Source: Callorhinchus milii (Eukaryota). From it: a DNA stretch of 64,000 bases. Location of the stretch: assembly GCF_018977255.1 (NCBI RefSeq), contig NW_024704742.1, positions 55,058,001-55,122,000 of the forward strand, read 5' to 3'. Positions within the stretch are counted from its first letter, which is position 1. Each line of letters starts with the position of its first letter. Position numbers and translations under genes: made by a program. Positions 35,434 through 49,004 of this stretch are shown here, in pieces. The notes under the pieces are model-generated. The model worked only from the letters and a program-made list of their open reading frames with translations, was not told the origin of the DNA and ran no database searches.

Positions 35434-37882
35434 ACTGGACGCAGTACTCCAGCTGAGGCCTAACGAGTGTTTTGTATAGATTAACCATAACCTCCCTACT
35501 TTTATACTCTATGCCCCTACTGATAAAGTTCAGTACACCAAATGCCTTTTTTACTGCCTTACCTACCTGCCCCGCTACCTTTAATGATTTGCTTACTTGA
35601 ACACCCAGATCTCTCTGTACGTTCACCCCCCCTTAAGATTGAGCTACCAAGTCTATATTGCCTCCTATCATTCTTCCTACCTAAGTGTATCACCTCACAC
35701 TTATCCACATTGAAATCCATCTGCCACATGTCAGCCCATTCCACCATTCTGTGTATGTCTGCTTGCAGTTGGTTACAGTCCTCCTCACTATTTACTACCC
35801 TACCTAACTTTGTATCATCTGCAAACTTGGAAATAGTGCTCTCTATGCCCAAGTCCAGATCATTAATATATATTAGAAAGAGCAGTGGTCCCAATACCGA
35901 TCCCTGGGGGACACTACTGCACACCTCCTTCCATTTCGAGAAACATCCATTAACCACCACCCTCTGCTTTCTGTCACTCAGCCAGTTCTTAATCCAAACT
36001 GCCACTGTCCCCTTAATACCGTGGGCCTCTAATTTTTGTATTAATCTCTTATGCGGTACTGTGTCAAAAGCCTTTTTGAAATCCATGTAAATAATGTCCA
36101 CCGCATTTCCCTCATCAACCCTCGCAGTCACCTCTTCAAAAANTTCTATTAGATTTGTTAGGCAAGATTTGCCTTTAACAAATCCATGTTGGCTGTCTCT
36201 AATTACCTCATGTTCCTCTAAGTAGAGATTTATTCTGTCCCGGATTATGGTCTCCAGTAGTTTTCCTATTACCGAAGTTAGGCTGACTGGCCTGTAATTT
36301 CCGGGTTTGTCTTTCTGCCCCTTTTTGTAGAGGGGGTAACATTAGCCACTCTCCAGTCTCTTGGCACCACTCCTGTGTCCAATGAAGATTGAAATATAAT
36401 GGCCAAAGCCTCCGCTATTTGAACCCGTATCTCCCACAGCAACCTTGGGTGAAACCCATCTGGTCCTGGTGACTTATCAATTTTGAGCCCAGTCAATCTT
36501 TTCAGAACTTCCTCTCTGTCTATAGTAATCTGATCTATTTCCTCTACCCTCTCATCCAATACTGCGGCATTTGGGGCATCCATTTCCGTTGTGAAGACAG
36601 ATGCAAAGTACTCGTTCAGTACATCAGCCATGCCCTCTGCCTCCACAACAAGATTGCCGTCATTGTCTTTGATTGGCCCCACCCTACCTTTAACTAACCT
36701 TTTTTCCTTTATGTGCTTGTAAAATATTTTAGGATTCCCCTTTATGTTACCCGCTAACCTCTTCTCATGCGATCTTTTTGCCTGTCTTATCACTCCTGCA
36801 TTCTCTATAATGCGCTTTGCTATCCTCAGTATCTTGCGTCTTCCAATCGTCATACGCCGTCTTCTTCTTTTTCATCCTGGACAGAATATCCCTGGTCATC
36901 CAGGCTGGCTTGGTTGTTGCACATTTCCCTTTTGTGGGAATATATCTATTTAGACCTTGAGCTATCATATCTTTGAAGATCTCCCATTGCTCATGAGTTG
37001 TTTTACCTGCTAGTCTTACTTGCCAGTCCACCAACTCTAGGTCCCTTTTTAGCCCATCAAAATTAGCCCTTTTCCAGTCAAGCATTTTCACCCTTGACTG
37101 TACTTTGTCCCTGTTCATGAGTAATCTAAATCTAATAATATTATGGTCATTGTTACCTTGATGCTCCCCTACCGAAACCTGTTCAACCTGACTTATTTCA
37201 TTCCCCAGAACTAGATCCAGCAATGCTTCCTTCCTCGTAGGACTGGAGACATACTGCTCAAGAAAATTTTCCTGTACACAGTCTATGAATCTTTCTCCTG
37301 CCTTGCCCTTAGCGCTGCTATTTTGCCAGTCTATATTGGGATAATTGAAATCCCCCATTAACACAACTCTGTTCGCCTTACATCTATCCGCGATCTGGTT
37401 GCAGATCTGCTCCTCTATCTCCTTCCCGCTGTCTGGTGGTCTATAGTAAACCCCTATCAGTGTAACCACTCCTTTCTTATTGCTTATCTCTAACCAGATG
37501 GATTCTATTGTAGGGCCCTCCAGAGCCTCGTTCCTTTCTACAGCTATAATTGTATCCTTAACCAATATTGCCACCCCTCCTCCTTTTCTTCCTTCTCTAT
37601 CCTTCCTGAACACATTATATCCTGGAATATTTAACTCCCATTCCTGTCCTGGCTTGAGCCATGTCTCGGTTACTGCCACCACATCGTAACCCCCTACGGC
37701 CAGTTGAACCTGCAGCTCATCAACCTTATTCCCTAAGCTACGTGCATTTAGGTACATACATTTGAGGAAATTGTCCGCTTGTACCTGCTCTACACTTCCC
37801 ACTTGTCTTTTTCCTCTAATCTTCAATCCATTTTATCCTTGGATACTCATCCCCTCTCGACACTAGTTTAAATCCGCCCCTA
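35434..37882 (-). mobile_element. CR1 LINE: end of ORF1, endonuclease and RT of ORF2 (frameshifted), lacking its 3' end
   Basis: [76 protein letters not shown]1-type end GATTTAAACTAG at ~37863-37874. One N at 36143. Confidence 0.95.
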
Positions 37883-40800
37883 AGATTATTATATTAAATC
37901 AACCATGCATTTTTGATAAAATGTTATGCCACAAATTTAATAATATCTTAGTTACTTTTATGTTTTTATTGCTCTAATGATGCTGGCAGGACAATAGACA
38001 GAGCTCCACCAGCAAATCTTTTGTACATGGAAGGAATTTGTGTAAAATTGTTCCTCAATGTCACAAACATTACAGAATTTTTTTCAAAGTGGTATTCGTG
38101 CATCAATGTGGGAACTCACGACTTTAGATATTCCAATCCTTGAAATGAACACATCTCCTGGTTCCAGTGCCTTAGAATTGTTCCTGATAACAGCTGGAGG
38201 CTGAAGACATCTGCAAGAGAAAATCTTCATTCATTTCCCAAAGAATGTAGCACCTCTGTGCATGAAAACCAAAATGATCTTGATGAGAATCCCTAGAATT
38301 ACGTGGGGGAGGTAACAAAAAATAATTTACCATAATCAGATTACAATATCTAGTTTTACACTGTGAATAAAATGTGTTCTCCCTAACCACAGATGAAGAA
38401 AACACAAAACAGCAGCATATGTATTCCCGTACTTGCAGCTCCTTCGGGAAATAGCAAAATGATTTATAGATGACATTAAACTGCAAAATGCATCCTTTTC
38501 AAAGCCAACTATTAATAAGCAAGGGGATATAGCAGGTTATGAGACATATTAAACGCAGTGTCTAATGTACATCACGGCAGGCAGTTAAATGTGGGAAATG
38601 GGCCCACTTTCATCTATAGAGGGAAATCTCTTTATTAAAAAAATTGGAATGATACACACACACACACACACAAATTCTATGAAATTGAGGCAATTGCTGG
38701 AAGAACTTTAACATATTCCCTGCTGTAGTCGGCTTATTGTGATTGGGTGTTCTCAGAGATAAGTATAGGCAAGATCAAAAGGCTCATCATCAAATCTGCC
38801 CTCGAGGGACAAATCTCCTTGAGGACTTGCTGGCACAGTTTTGTGACTCAGTGGCGCATAATGGGTCCTTCACTCCTGTATTCTTTCGTCACAATGTATG
38901 AAGCTGAAAAAATAACTGACATTGACTACGATCAATAAATCATGAAAAGAATAAACAACTTGTGTTTATGTAGTACCCTTCATGTAGGATAAGGTCAGAG
39001 CACTTTACAATAACAGGAGGTGAACATCAAGCAGAGGAGGGAGGAGAAGGGGAGTTAACCATAGACATGGTTGAAGTCGTAAGTTTTAAGATGGACTAAC
39101 CAGCTAAAACCATATCATTTTTGTGAGGTTGAGTGATAAAGACCTGGGGCAAGATTAAATGAGACTTAAACATTCACAATAAGATCTCATTTTATAATGT
39201 AGGTTGTCCATTGGGCAGTAAAAGTGAATCTTAATCAGATTGAATTATTAAGCATTATTCAAGAACATTAGTACATTTAACCTCATCCAATTAGTAGGAG
39301 ATTTATATCCTTTGGCATCAGCTGCCATAACTTGATTTGGCTGTAATGGATGAATCGCTAAACACAAATTAGGATTGGTCTGGCCCCTTCATTTATTCGT
39401 TAGTCTTAAAAGTGGCAATTTGATAGTCCCATACTTTTGACTAGCGCTCACAGCTTTCAACCCCCACCCCTAACACCATCCCATGTTCCACAACCATGAA
39501 ATGATTAAGAAAGGTGAATTCATATCTAACTGTTGCAATTCTAAGCAGCTATAAGAGGAACATTGTAAGTGGATGATGTACAAATTACTTCAGCTACTGA
39601 AACCCACTCCTAATATTTTTTCAGGAGGATCAAGCAGGTATTGGACATGTGCAGAAACCCATCACCATGCTTACAATATCCAAACCAGACATGGCTCCCC
39701 ACATGTATTCCACCTCAGCATAGAAATTTCAGTGTCTGGAATGGATTCTGTACTCTCTCACTGGAGGAATGCACCCTACTTGTGATAGCCAGAGTGATGC
39801 GACACACATTTGTATATGCACACTGTCCTTTGTGGCAGAAATAGAAAGTAACACTGTGTACAACATGCAGAGATAGTTGTTGGTATTTGGTCAAGCAAGT
39901 TGCTACACATTTTTTTTTAAACTTCCAATCATTGGCTGCAAAACAATCTCTTGCCATGCACTCTACCATCGATCACATACACAACTGTGTATGGTACAAT
40001 CCATTGCTTTGAAACATACTTATTTCCTCGGCAAATGGTGCAGGAAATGAAGTTCAACACTCGTCTTGAATTACAGCAGAAAAGAAAAAGGAACCATCTA
40101 TTAAAAGGGAGGTTGAAATTATGAGAGTCTGGGGACTGGGGGAGCTAAGAATGCAAAGTGCCCATTCAGTTAGACAGATGCCTTAGATTAGGCAGTACAA
40201 CTTCACCTTACCTCCATTAATAGCTCCTGTTCCACAGGATATACCCATAGGTGTCCAGTCCAAAATCCAGGTAGTATATGCCATCAGATTACTGAAAATA
40301 TGCATCTGGGAGAAACTAAGTCTCTGTGGCTAAGGATTCAAACTGGAGGATTGCAAAGTTCCAATATATAGGAGTACCAATACACAGGGATAACACATGC
40401 AAAAAAGCAAAGTGATGGAGAAAGGGCAAGCAAACTGAAGGAAATCTGCAAAGTCAAAACCATCAGTTTAAGGGAAAGCTACATAGGTACATGAGGGAGA
40501 AAGGAATAGAAGGTTATGCTTGAAGGTTTAGTTGAAGAACAGGAGGAAGCTCATATGGAGCATAAAAACTGTCATAGACCAGTTGGCCTGTTTCTGTGCT
40601 GTATATTCTAATGTATTCCAGATTAAATCTCAGTTTACCTCTTCTATATTTCAGTGCGGTATGTGCATTTTTACTAATCTTCAAGTGGAATTGAGTTCTA
40701 CTTGCAGGTCTCCCTCTAACAATGCTTCAGTACATGTCAAGTTTAACAGACAATAAAAATCCTTGCATTTGATATAGTGCCTTATCGCTTTAACACTAAA

Positions 40801-41109
40801 GTGGTTTTGACCATTTTCACCCATGAAATAGTTTCCCATGCCTTATGCTGTAGAGACGTCTCAAAGAGCTGAAAAGGATATAGACATGACAGAGTACATT
40901 TCCAAATGCAGCAGCCAATTTAGTACAACAATGTCCCACAAACAGCCAAGGAGTGTGTGACTAATATGGTAAATGTTATTAGTGGTAAATTTACTACAGA
41001 GAAAGATCAGAGTTGAGTAGTATTCATTTGGAAATAGTCTCAAGCACTGTGGGGTGTGTGTGAGATCAGAAAATGAGGCTGCAAATCCAAGTGTTAACAC
41101 GAACAAAAC

Positions 41110-44100
41110 TTTATTTGACAAAAAATCAAGTGACAAAGAAAATAATTATTATGGTAACATGAGTTTCTTCAACATTGCAGTCTTTTATACAACCAGTATT
41201 TGATGTGGTATGGAGATCTACTGCACATTACTATTCAAGGTAGTTAATATTCTGCCAGCTAGATTGAATGGTTATAATCCATTTCAGATTCCACACTACC
41301 CATTCCTATTGGCAGCTAAAGCTTGTGGTGCCATTTCAAGCCGTTTAATCATTGCTTTCATCAGCTGCATTTCAGATATAGCACCAAAGGGGCTTTGCAT
41401 TCATTTAACTTAATTTAAAAGGGGGAATGTATTAAGACATGTAACCCAACTTCAACCGCTGGCATCCCATTGACCACACAGATTGGTACAAGTGTGAATA
41501 GCCTGAGGCTGGAACCCAGAAATTAGGAGAGCAAACATCTGCAACACTGATTGTTGCCTTGGTAGAAAAGCTTTTCCAGACAGCACAGCCTCTTTGCATT
41601 CACATCTTATTACCATCTTATTGAAGCCCAAATTAATATCCGATGATGTCAATTTCCAGAATAAACCTATATACATAATTTAGAATTAATGTCCCCAAAA
41701 TGAGAGCTTATCGTCTAAAAAGGGAACCTGCCTCATTTGTAAACCCAGTGTACTTGATGCATTTTTTGGGTGAGAGGGGAGTACATTTAATCAGCCAATT
41801 CCACATTTTCGAAATACTCAGTCAGTGAAAATTTGTTAAATGCCAGAAAGTTCTGGTGCAACTGTAATCTGTGCTCCCAGAATATAAAGTTTTGACAGGT
41901 AGACTATTCCAGTATTGAAAGGTTCCACACACAAACTCCTTTCACAGCTCTTCAAGAACACTGCTCTTCAAACAATATGTCTGGCTTTAAGAGTCGGAGA
42001 CAATTATTTTGAACACTAAACCTACTTTTTGTCCACACAATATGATAAAAACAGCAGTGCAACTTCAGCATCGGAACTCCACCAAGTAGGCAGCCTTCTG
42101 ATTTTTGTTTGCTTAAGTTACCCTGACTGAAGGAATTCACACAGATACAGCACACGTGATGGAAACATGGATTTTACACTTCAGAAAGCACAGAGAGAAA
42201 ATAAATATTTGAATTCAATGAATACAGCAGTGATTTTATTAAACTGGTAAACTGACAAATACATTTACAATGCACAAAGTTTAAAATGTAATTACTAAGG
42301 GGGGGAAGTACAATTAAAATATAAGTTTAATGAGAGCGCTTTGTTGTATTGTAATTCATTTCAATAACTTTCCTTCTATATTTACCTAAATATGCACAGA
42401 AAGCATATGTTTAATCAAACCATTGTGAAACCAAAACATATGCTGCATTCAGTACGATAAAAATCGAAATGATCCAAAAATGTAACCAGAAACTAATTTC
42501 ATCTAGAAAAAATGATTGTGAATCTTGGGTATCAACATGAGAAGTTAGAAGTAATACCTTTTAGCTATGTTAAATTATTGAAATGGAGATGCAACAAATA
42601 TCTAAAATGGTACAGGTAGTCTGTCTTATGGGGTAAATTTTTCAATCAGGTCTCAAATTAATTTATCTATTTGCAAACCTGAGAAGAAACGTTTTGTTAG
42701 CAATATTTGATTATACTGTCAAGCGCATCCAACAATTAATTTGAGTTCCAACATTTCCAATAAATACAACTAAGTTTTAAATAGATGTCTGATGAGTCAA
42801 TGTTGGTTTATACAAATCAGTCCACTGCAGTTGCTCTGGATATCAAATATTAGCAATCTTAAGAGTAACTCAAGGCATTAACTAACTATTGATTTTTTAT
42901 GTAATGGTCTATATTTACCCATTAGTTATGTAATGAACATTTTCACTTGCAATTTTGCATCTTGTAATTTTAGAAGTGCAAATCAAAGTTAAGAAAAAAC
43001 TAGCATCTACGAAATGCTTCAAATAAAAAAATGACACAATTTGTGACCCGCGACAAACAAGTGCTCACTATAGCAATCCAAATAAATGAGTTCAAGTATT
43101 ATACAAGTTACTTGAAATGATTTACTTATAGTAGACAAGGGAATGTTATTTCATTCGAAGGATACATTTTTAAAAACTGAACTTCCATCATATTTATTGG
43201 CTTAAGTCTTAAATTGCATAGAAATGAAGTGAAATTCAAAGTAAACCGAATTGCCTGGTAATGTTCTCTATTCCCTGCTTTTAAAACCCTTTTATAAGTT
43301 ATTTGTTGGCTTTGATTTTTAACATGGAATTTAATGTATGTATAATGGATAAAGCATAGTTTTGTTTTTATTTGACCTATGAAACATCACTCAAGAGAGA
43401 AAACATTACCACAAAACTGGAAATTCAATGCTGATTCACCTTTCAATTTACAATTATACTTTTAGTTCTCACTAAGATTATCTTGGAAAATATTGCAGTG
43501 AAATGTTCTATTTAATGCACTTGTTAATGTGTATAAACACGTGTTAAGTCAAAATATTTGGTTGCACAGAGACTTGTATGGAGCTCAAAATGGCTATGAA
43601 GATGATAATTAAACTATGTGGCCCTGCGGTGCAAAAAAAGACAAGACTGCACATGTCAATGGAGATCACCGATCTACATCCTGATGAGGGAAAATCATTA
43701 AGAGGATGAGTCACCACAGTCTGCTCTTGTGGTTGGCTCAAGAAGGGTTACATAAAATGCTGCTCGACAGTTTCCATTCACTATCAACCATCCATCTCAG
43801 CCAGGAAATGGTACAAAACTATATTGGGCAAAAGAGGGAAAGGAAGATAGCAAAGCAATTTGCAGAGGAACTTAAATGTCATAACATTAAAAATTATGAA
43901 TCACAGAAGTCTCCTTAGTTTCACTGCAATGTTTCTCAGGATAATCTTTGTATGAGTCTTTTTTTAAAAAAAGATATTCCTTTAATTAAACCATAGACTT
44001 TTATAAAAATAAAGCGAAACAAATAAGCATAAGGAGTCCCAAGACTGATTAGGGTTCAAGCACTATTTGCATTAACAGTCAAATTTCAACTTAATTCATA

Positions 44101-44804
44101 TTGCTTAAGTGCTTACAGCATTTTGATGTACTCTAAAATAGTCACCCATTGCACCAGATCTGACTACTGTATTTATTACGTTATAAATCTGTACATATGG
44201 TATTTGCATAAATTTAACAGATCAGGATCACAGGCTGCACAAAGCAGCTTATTTTACACCGTTCAAAGGCCAGGCAATTGTTACCTTGACCAGGCAACTG
44301 TTACTTCAGCAGTTTAAAATTCCTCTATGTCATGTTTAGTGCAACTTTAGATTGCCAACATGCAGATTTACTTATTCTACTGTGGAAAGAAAAATCTTCA
44401 ATTTCAGAAATCAACATCCTGTCAGTGAACAATAAAGGCATTCCTCAGCACTTACGCCCAATTTTCTAAAAACAATCCCATTCCACAAGTGACTGAGGAA
44501 ACGTAGTTAAACTATTAAATATCTACATGTCCTGAGTGTTTTTTTTTAAATAGGCAAAAGAGGCAAACACAAGAAAATTCTTGCTGTGTAAATTAAGTGC
44601 TCTTGTGCAACATATTTTCTATATACAGTCTATCATACACTTAGGAAGGAGATGCCTTTTCCATATTTTTAAGCCACAAACAGGATTGTATTTGTCAGGG
44701 CTAACAGCCTCGAGCCCTTAGTTGTCATAATGGCCATTGGCATAAAAATCAGCAGATGGGGTAACAGGCAATAATTCTGAACGGCACATGTTGCTTGAAA
44801 TGTG
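41110..44804 (-). other. MTUS1: Probable long MTUS1 3' UTR with tandem poly(A) signals (AATAAA at 42235-42240 and 41110-41115)
   Basis: AT-rich ~3.7 kb after the stop, free of recognisable transposons. Each AATAAA is followed on - by a U/GU-rich tract. Confidence 0.6.
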
Positions 44805-45024
44805 TCACCTTGGTGATGTTGCATGACTGGAAGATGGAGAGACTGAATTCCTTGAAGGTTGAAAGGAAATAGTCGGGGAGTTTGGAGATGTTTTTTTAGG
44901 GCTTAGAACATCTCCGTTATGTAGTTTCCATAGAAGTTCTTCATTTTCCATAGATAAACGCTTGTTCACTTTGGATTCCTTGTGCAATGACTGTTGTAAC
45001 ACAGCCTGTTCGGTGGAGAGTTGC
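44805..45024 (-). CDS. MTUS1: MTUS1 last coding exon ([39 protein letters not shown]...SPR*)
   Basis: Near-diagnostic MTUS1 C-terminus. The convergent arrangement with PDGFRL matches known vertebrate synteny. Confidence 0.97.
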
Positions 45025-46191
45025 CTGGAAATAAAGAAAAAGTGCATTTTTGATATTTGAAAGCCAACTCCCAATCTACTGTTTCAGAGAGAAAAGTTTC
45101 AGGTCTGCATTTTTCTAAAAATGCATAAACCTAAAATTTACTCTGCAGCCACTAGCATTTCAACGAGTCTTTATTTTAAGAAAGCTGCCCTTTTGGAGAA
45201 AATGGGTTCTTTGAATAAAGTCTCTTGCATTGTCATCTTTCTGCTTTTCATTTAAGAAACTAAACTAGAACAAACCTAGTGTATATCTGAAGACAGGTGT
45301 GAAAATAATAGTTTACCATATATTTGTATTGGGAAATAGTTTAATTCTAAACATATCTGTATAGTTGTAACACATAAACCCTTTACTGGCTACAAGAAGA
45401 TTGGATCTTTTTGAGAGAAACATGCAGTGAAAGAGAGGAATCATCAGACGTCTAATGCGACAAATCTCCTAACAGTGACAGATTTCTTTCCTCCCAAAAC
45501 TGTGAAGATGTTTAACGAACAACAATGTACACCAACAGCCCCCATGAATAGTAATAGTAATAATCCTTGCATTTAATATAGCGCCTTATCACGTCTTTGA
45601 GATGGCTCAAAGTGCTTCATAGAATATACTGTAAAGTGAATTGACTGTATTTTGTGGGTGAAACATGGCAGCGAATTGTGCACAGGAGTCTCCCACAAAC
45701 AGTCATGGATTTTTTTTGAGGGATTATTACCCCCAGAAAAGAGATCTGCTTTGACTGTATATTTTGTGGGTGAAATGTGTGAGCAAATAGGCTAATCCCA
45801 CAACAAAGCAAGTTGCACAACAGAGTGCAAAGCAAAACACATGTGGAGATCTCAGAAGGGAGAGAGAGTTTTAATTCACATGTATTGTGAGTGCCCTGCA
45901 GTCTAGCAGCCATGGCAGAAACTGAGGAAATTCTGAGCAACAGCTTGTGTTTTTTTGTGAGGAAAGCCTCTGATCACAAGGCTCAAAAAGTGCTACTGGT
46001 CTCTGGGTTGGCCAAAGATTTCAGTGCTCCATTTGATGACTGATTGGTCTGAGCAATAAACCATTCTTTAACTAAGGAACAAAATAAATTAGGAATAACA
46101 TAAGTTCCATCTCTTTCCCCTCCCCCAATGTTTTTTGTATGCATATTAAATACTTTATTCAGGGCTTTAAACAGTTATCCCCATCACTTAC

Positions 46192-46289
46192 CTTGACAAA
46201 GCTACATGTCTGTCCATTCGTGCTTTTAGGTCTTCATTTTCTTGTGATACAAGATTAAATTTTTCATCCAACTCGACATGTTTTTCCAT
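46192..46289 (-). CDS. MTUS1: MTUS1 exon (MEKHVELDEKFNLVSQENEDLKARMDRHVALS)
   Basis: 98 nt, QENEDLKARMD motif, ctag/gtaagt flanked. Confidence 0.95.
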
Positions 46290-47225
46290 CTAGAAACAAA
46301 AACAAACTTCTTATACACACACACACACAATCATCACTCCAGATCGAGTTTTTCAAGTAAGTAAAAGAAAGATAAAAGCCAAATACAGTAAAATTCATAT
46401 AAGTCATTTCAGTCAGGAACCTAACAATTAATGACTTACGAGAATTCCTAGTTATAGGCAAACTGATTAAGTTGCATAAAATCCAATTTAATCAATAATC
46501 TGCAATGGGCGGGTGTATTTCAATGCAGCTGGTAAAGCACATGCAGCTGCATTGAATAGTGGGAAATGAAGTTCTTCTGCATATGGATCAACTGATCAAG
46601 ACTGGGTTTCCTGCAATTCAATGCAGCTGGCTGGTAAGGGCACATTCATCAATAGATGATTATACGATTTATAAAGATAAGACTTAGTTTTTAATTGAAT
46701 CTAAATTTAGCAAGTCTAATCAGTTCCACCAGAATGTAAGTTGGATTGAAAATCGCTAAAAAGAGATAAAATAAATTATAACTTATCTCAACCTGAAATC
46801 AGTTTAAATCAACAAGTTGAACTGAAGCCAACAAAACTGGGGAAATGTTAATAAACATTCTTTGACTTACATTTCTGCAATATCAGCTACGTTCACTGGG
46901 ACACTATCCAAAGTGAATGCAACAAAGCTACTGCCAAATTTTCCTATGAATTTTGTCATCACTCTTGGATCTCCAAAACTCAAGAATCTTGATTTGTTTT
47001 TACTATTGAAGGTGCTGATAGAACCATAAATATTTATGGCACAGAAGGTGGTGATTTGTCCAATCGTCTCTGTGCTGACTCTCGAAAGAACAATCATTTC
47101 AGTCCCATTTACATTTCAAGCAAATTTCCTCTCCTTCCCCACCCACACACTTATAATATTAAGCTAATTGTCCAGTTATTCCACTGGATAGTACTTGGTC
47201 AGTCATATTCCCCACATCATTTTAC

Positions 47226-47345
47226 CAGCTTTTCCATCTTCATCAACTTCTTTTCCTGTTCATGTATTTTCTCATTTCTGATCTCCAGCACTGCCTTCAA
47301 ACTTTCCAGTTCTTGCTCGAGATAAAGGCTCTGGGGTGAAATTTT
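47226..47345 (-). CDS. MTUS1: MTUS1 exon ([40 protein letters not shown])
   Basis: 120 nt. Contains the hallmark MTUS1/MTUS2 [15 protein letters not shown] motif. Confidence 0.96.
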
Positions 47346-47473
47346 CTGAAAATAAAATTAGGCATTCTTAAACAGGGTTAATTTCTGAATAGTAAGACAA
47401 GCTGTCATGTATTTAAAATGTTTCCATGCAGATTTCACTTGGCTCCAGATTCAATTTTTCCCCTACATCTAGA

Positions 47474-47903
47474 ACAACAACAAAGTTGCATTTATCACAT
47501 TTATTACATTTCATGTTGGGAGGACGCCAAGGCATTGAGCAGTCAGTATTTTGGACCCGAGCTGGAGATCGGGATTGGGAGGGTGTTTGGCGCGGGGGGG
47601 CGGGGGGGGGGTGATCGAAGGCACAGTTGAAGAGGAGGGTCTTGAAGGAGGCAAGGGAGGGCCGAGGCAGACGGACTGCGGGATGGAGTTCTAGAGGGTG
47701 GGAGCAGAGTGATTGAAGGTCCGTGCGCCAATAGTGGAAATGCAACTAATGTAGAAAAAATATAAAACAATGCACGCCCATCACTGCAATCCTCACCAGG
47801 TTCCAAGGGCTCAGTCTCTGAGCTAATCAACTTCAAAATCCTCACCCTTGCATTCAAATCACTTCATGACGTAGCACCTCCTTAGCTCTCTGATCTCATA
47901 CCC
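47474..47903. mobile_element. L2 3' end (-, 47474-47735) plus an opposite-orientation L2 ORF2 piece (+, ~47772-47903)
   Basis: Tail at 47474. The + piece reads PITAILTR...NFKILTLAFKSLHDVAP..LSDLIPNY. Confidence 0.8.
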
Positions 47904-48051
47904 AACTACAGAAGAAATATCAAGGAGTGATCTAAAAGCTGTCTGAAGAACACCAGACTGAACTTCGAGAGCTTGAAGAAAAGCTTCAGCAGCTCTTCAC
48001 TGCAGAACAGGAGCATCTATAGCAAGCGCTCAATAATGAGCTGAGAAAGCT
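47904..48051 (+). pseudogene. Inverted, decayed copy of part of MTUS1 exon 51438-51652 (two in-frame stops)
   Basis: Matches the reverse complement of 51460-51607 without gaps, 133/148 identical by manual alignment. CAA to TAA and CAA to TAG. Confidence 0.95.
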
Positions 48052-48189
48052 GCCTAGAGTGCTGGTAAATAGCATTGTTAAAGGCTAGAAGCATCAGTAC
48101 AAATTGTAGTTGATCTACAGTTTTTTGCTGTGACCTTTGAAAAACACAATTTTAAAAAATCCCCACTGAATTATATAAAGGGAACTTAC

Positions 48190-48285
48190 TTGATCTTGTT
48201 GCACATGTGTTTTTGTGACCTGTTCCTTAGCTTTGACTTTCTCCTTCAAAGAATTATTTTCCTCATTTAGTTTTGAAATCTGTTC
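48190..48285 (-). CDS. MTUS1: MTUS1 exon (EQISKLNEENNSLKEKVKAKEQVTKTHVQQDQ)
   Basis: 96 nt, ttcag/gtaagt flanked. Confidence 0.9.
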
Positions 48286-48930
48286 CTGAAAAGTACAATT
48301 GAAATTGAACATCCATCTCAAACAAACATTTGGAAGAATCCAATATTCACACAGCAGCTTTCATCCTCCTGCATTCACAATGATACAGCTATTCCTGCCA
48401 ATCTCAGTGTAGAAGACCATCAAGCTGCAGCAACTTGTATGCAGAGGGCAGTTACTAGGCCACCCACACACAGACACCTTGTTTGCTGGGATCTAGGCTG
48501 CATGGTTTCATGGCATTGGACTTCCAATAAGGGCTTCATGAAAGACTGAAGTGCCAGTGGTAACATTTAGGTACAAGTTTCTTCAATACCACTTCATTTG
48601 TTTTTGCTGCTGTCGCTCGCTACTAGCTTGTTAAAGTGCATGTATGACATGGAGAAGGAAAGAAAACATACCACTTCCCTACAGAAAAAGGGAAGTGGCC
48701 CATTGTCCACACTATTTAAAACCGTGAAAGGTTTTAAGATGAGGCGAGTTGCACACCCAAGCTTGTATAACCTAAGAGATGCAATACACTTCTACCGTTT
48801 GTGCTAAATTTAAAACCTGGCATTCAAGTCAAATCTCTTTAGCTTCCAGAACTAATTAAACATATGAAGGAAACCATTATGCAAAATAATTTCTAATCGA
48901 TATATTTGATTACCTCTCAAAATAACTAAC

Positions 48931-49004
48931 CTGTAGTTGTGATTGTGTCTGGTTAAAGGTTTCTTCGAGGGAATGCTTTTCCAGTTCATATGATCTTGTC
49001 AGCT
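48931..49004 (-). CDS. MTUS1: MTUS1 exon (ELTRSYELEKHSLEETFNQTQSQLQ)
   Basis: 74 nt, gtag/gttagt flanked, phase 1 to 0. Confidence 0.9.

Noticed and set aside
47904..48051. Exon of a + strand MTUS paralog
   Set aside because: Two in-frame stops, no splice sites, fused to L2, and no other paralogous exons on +.
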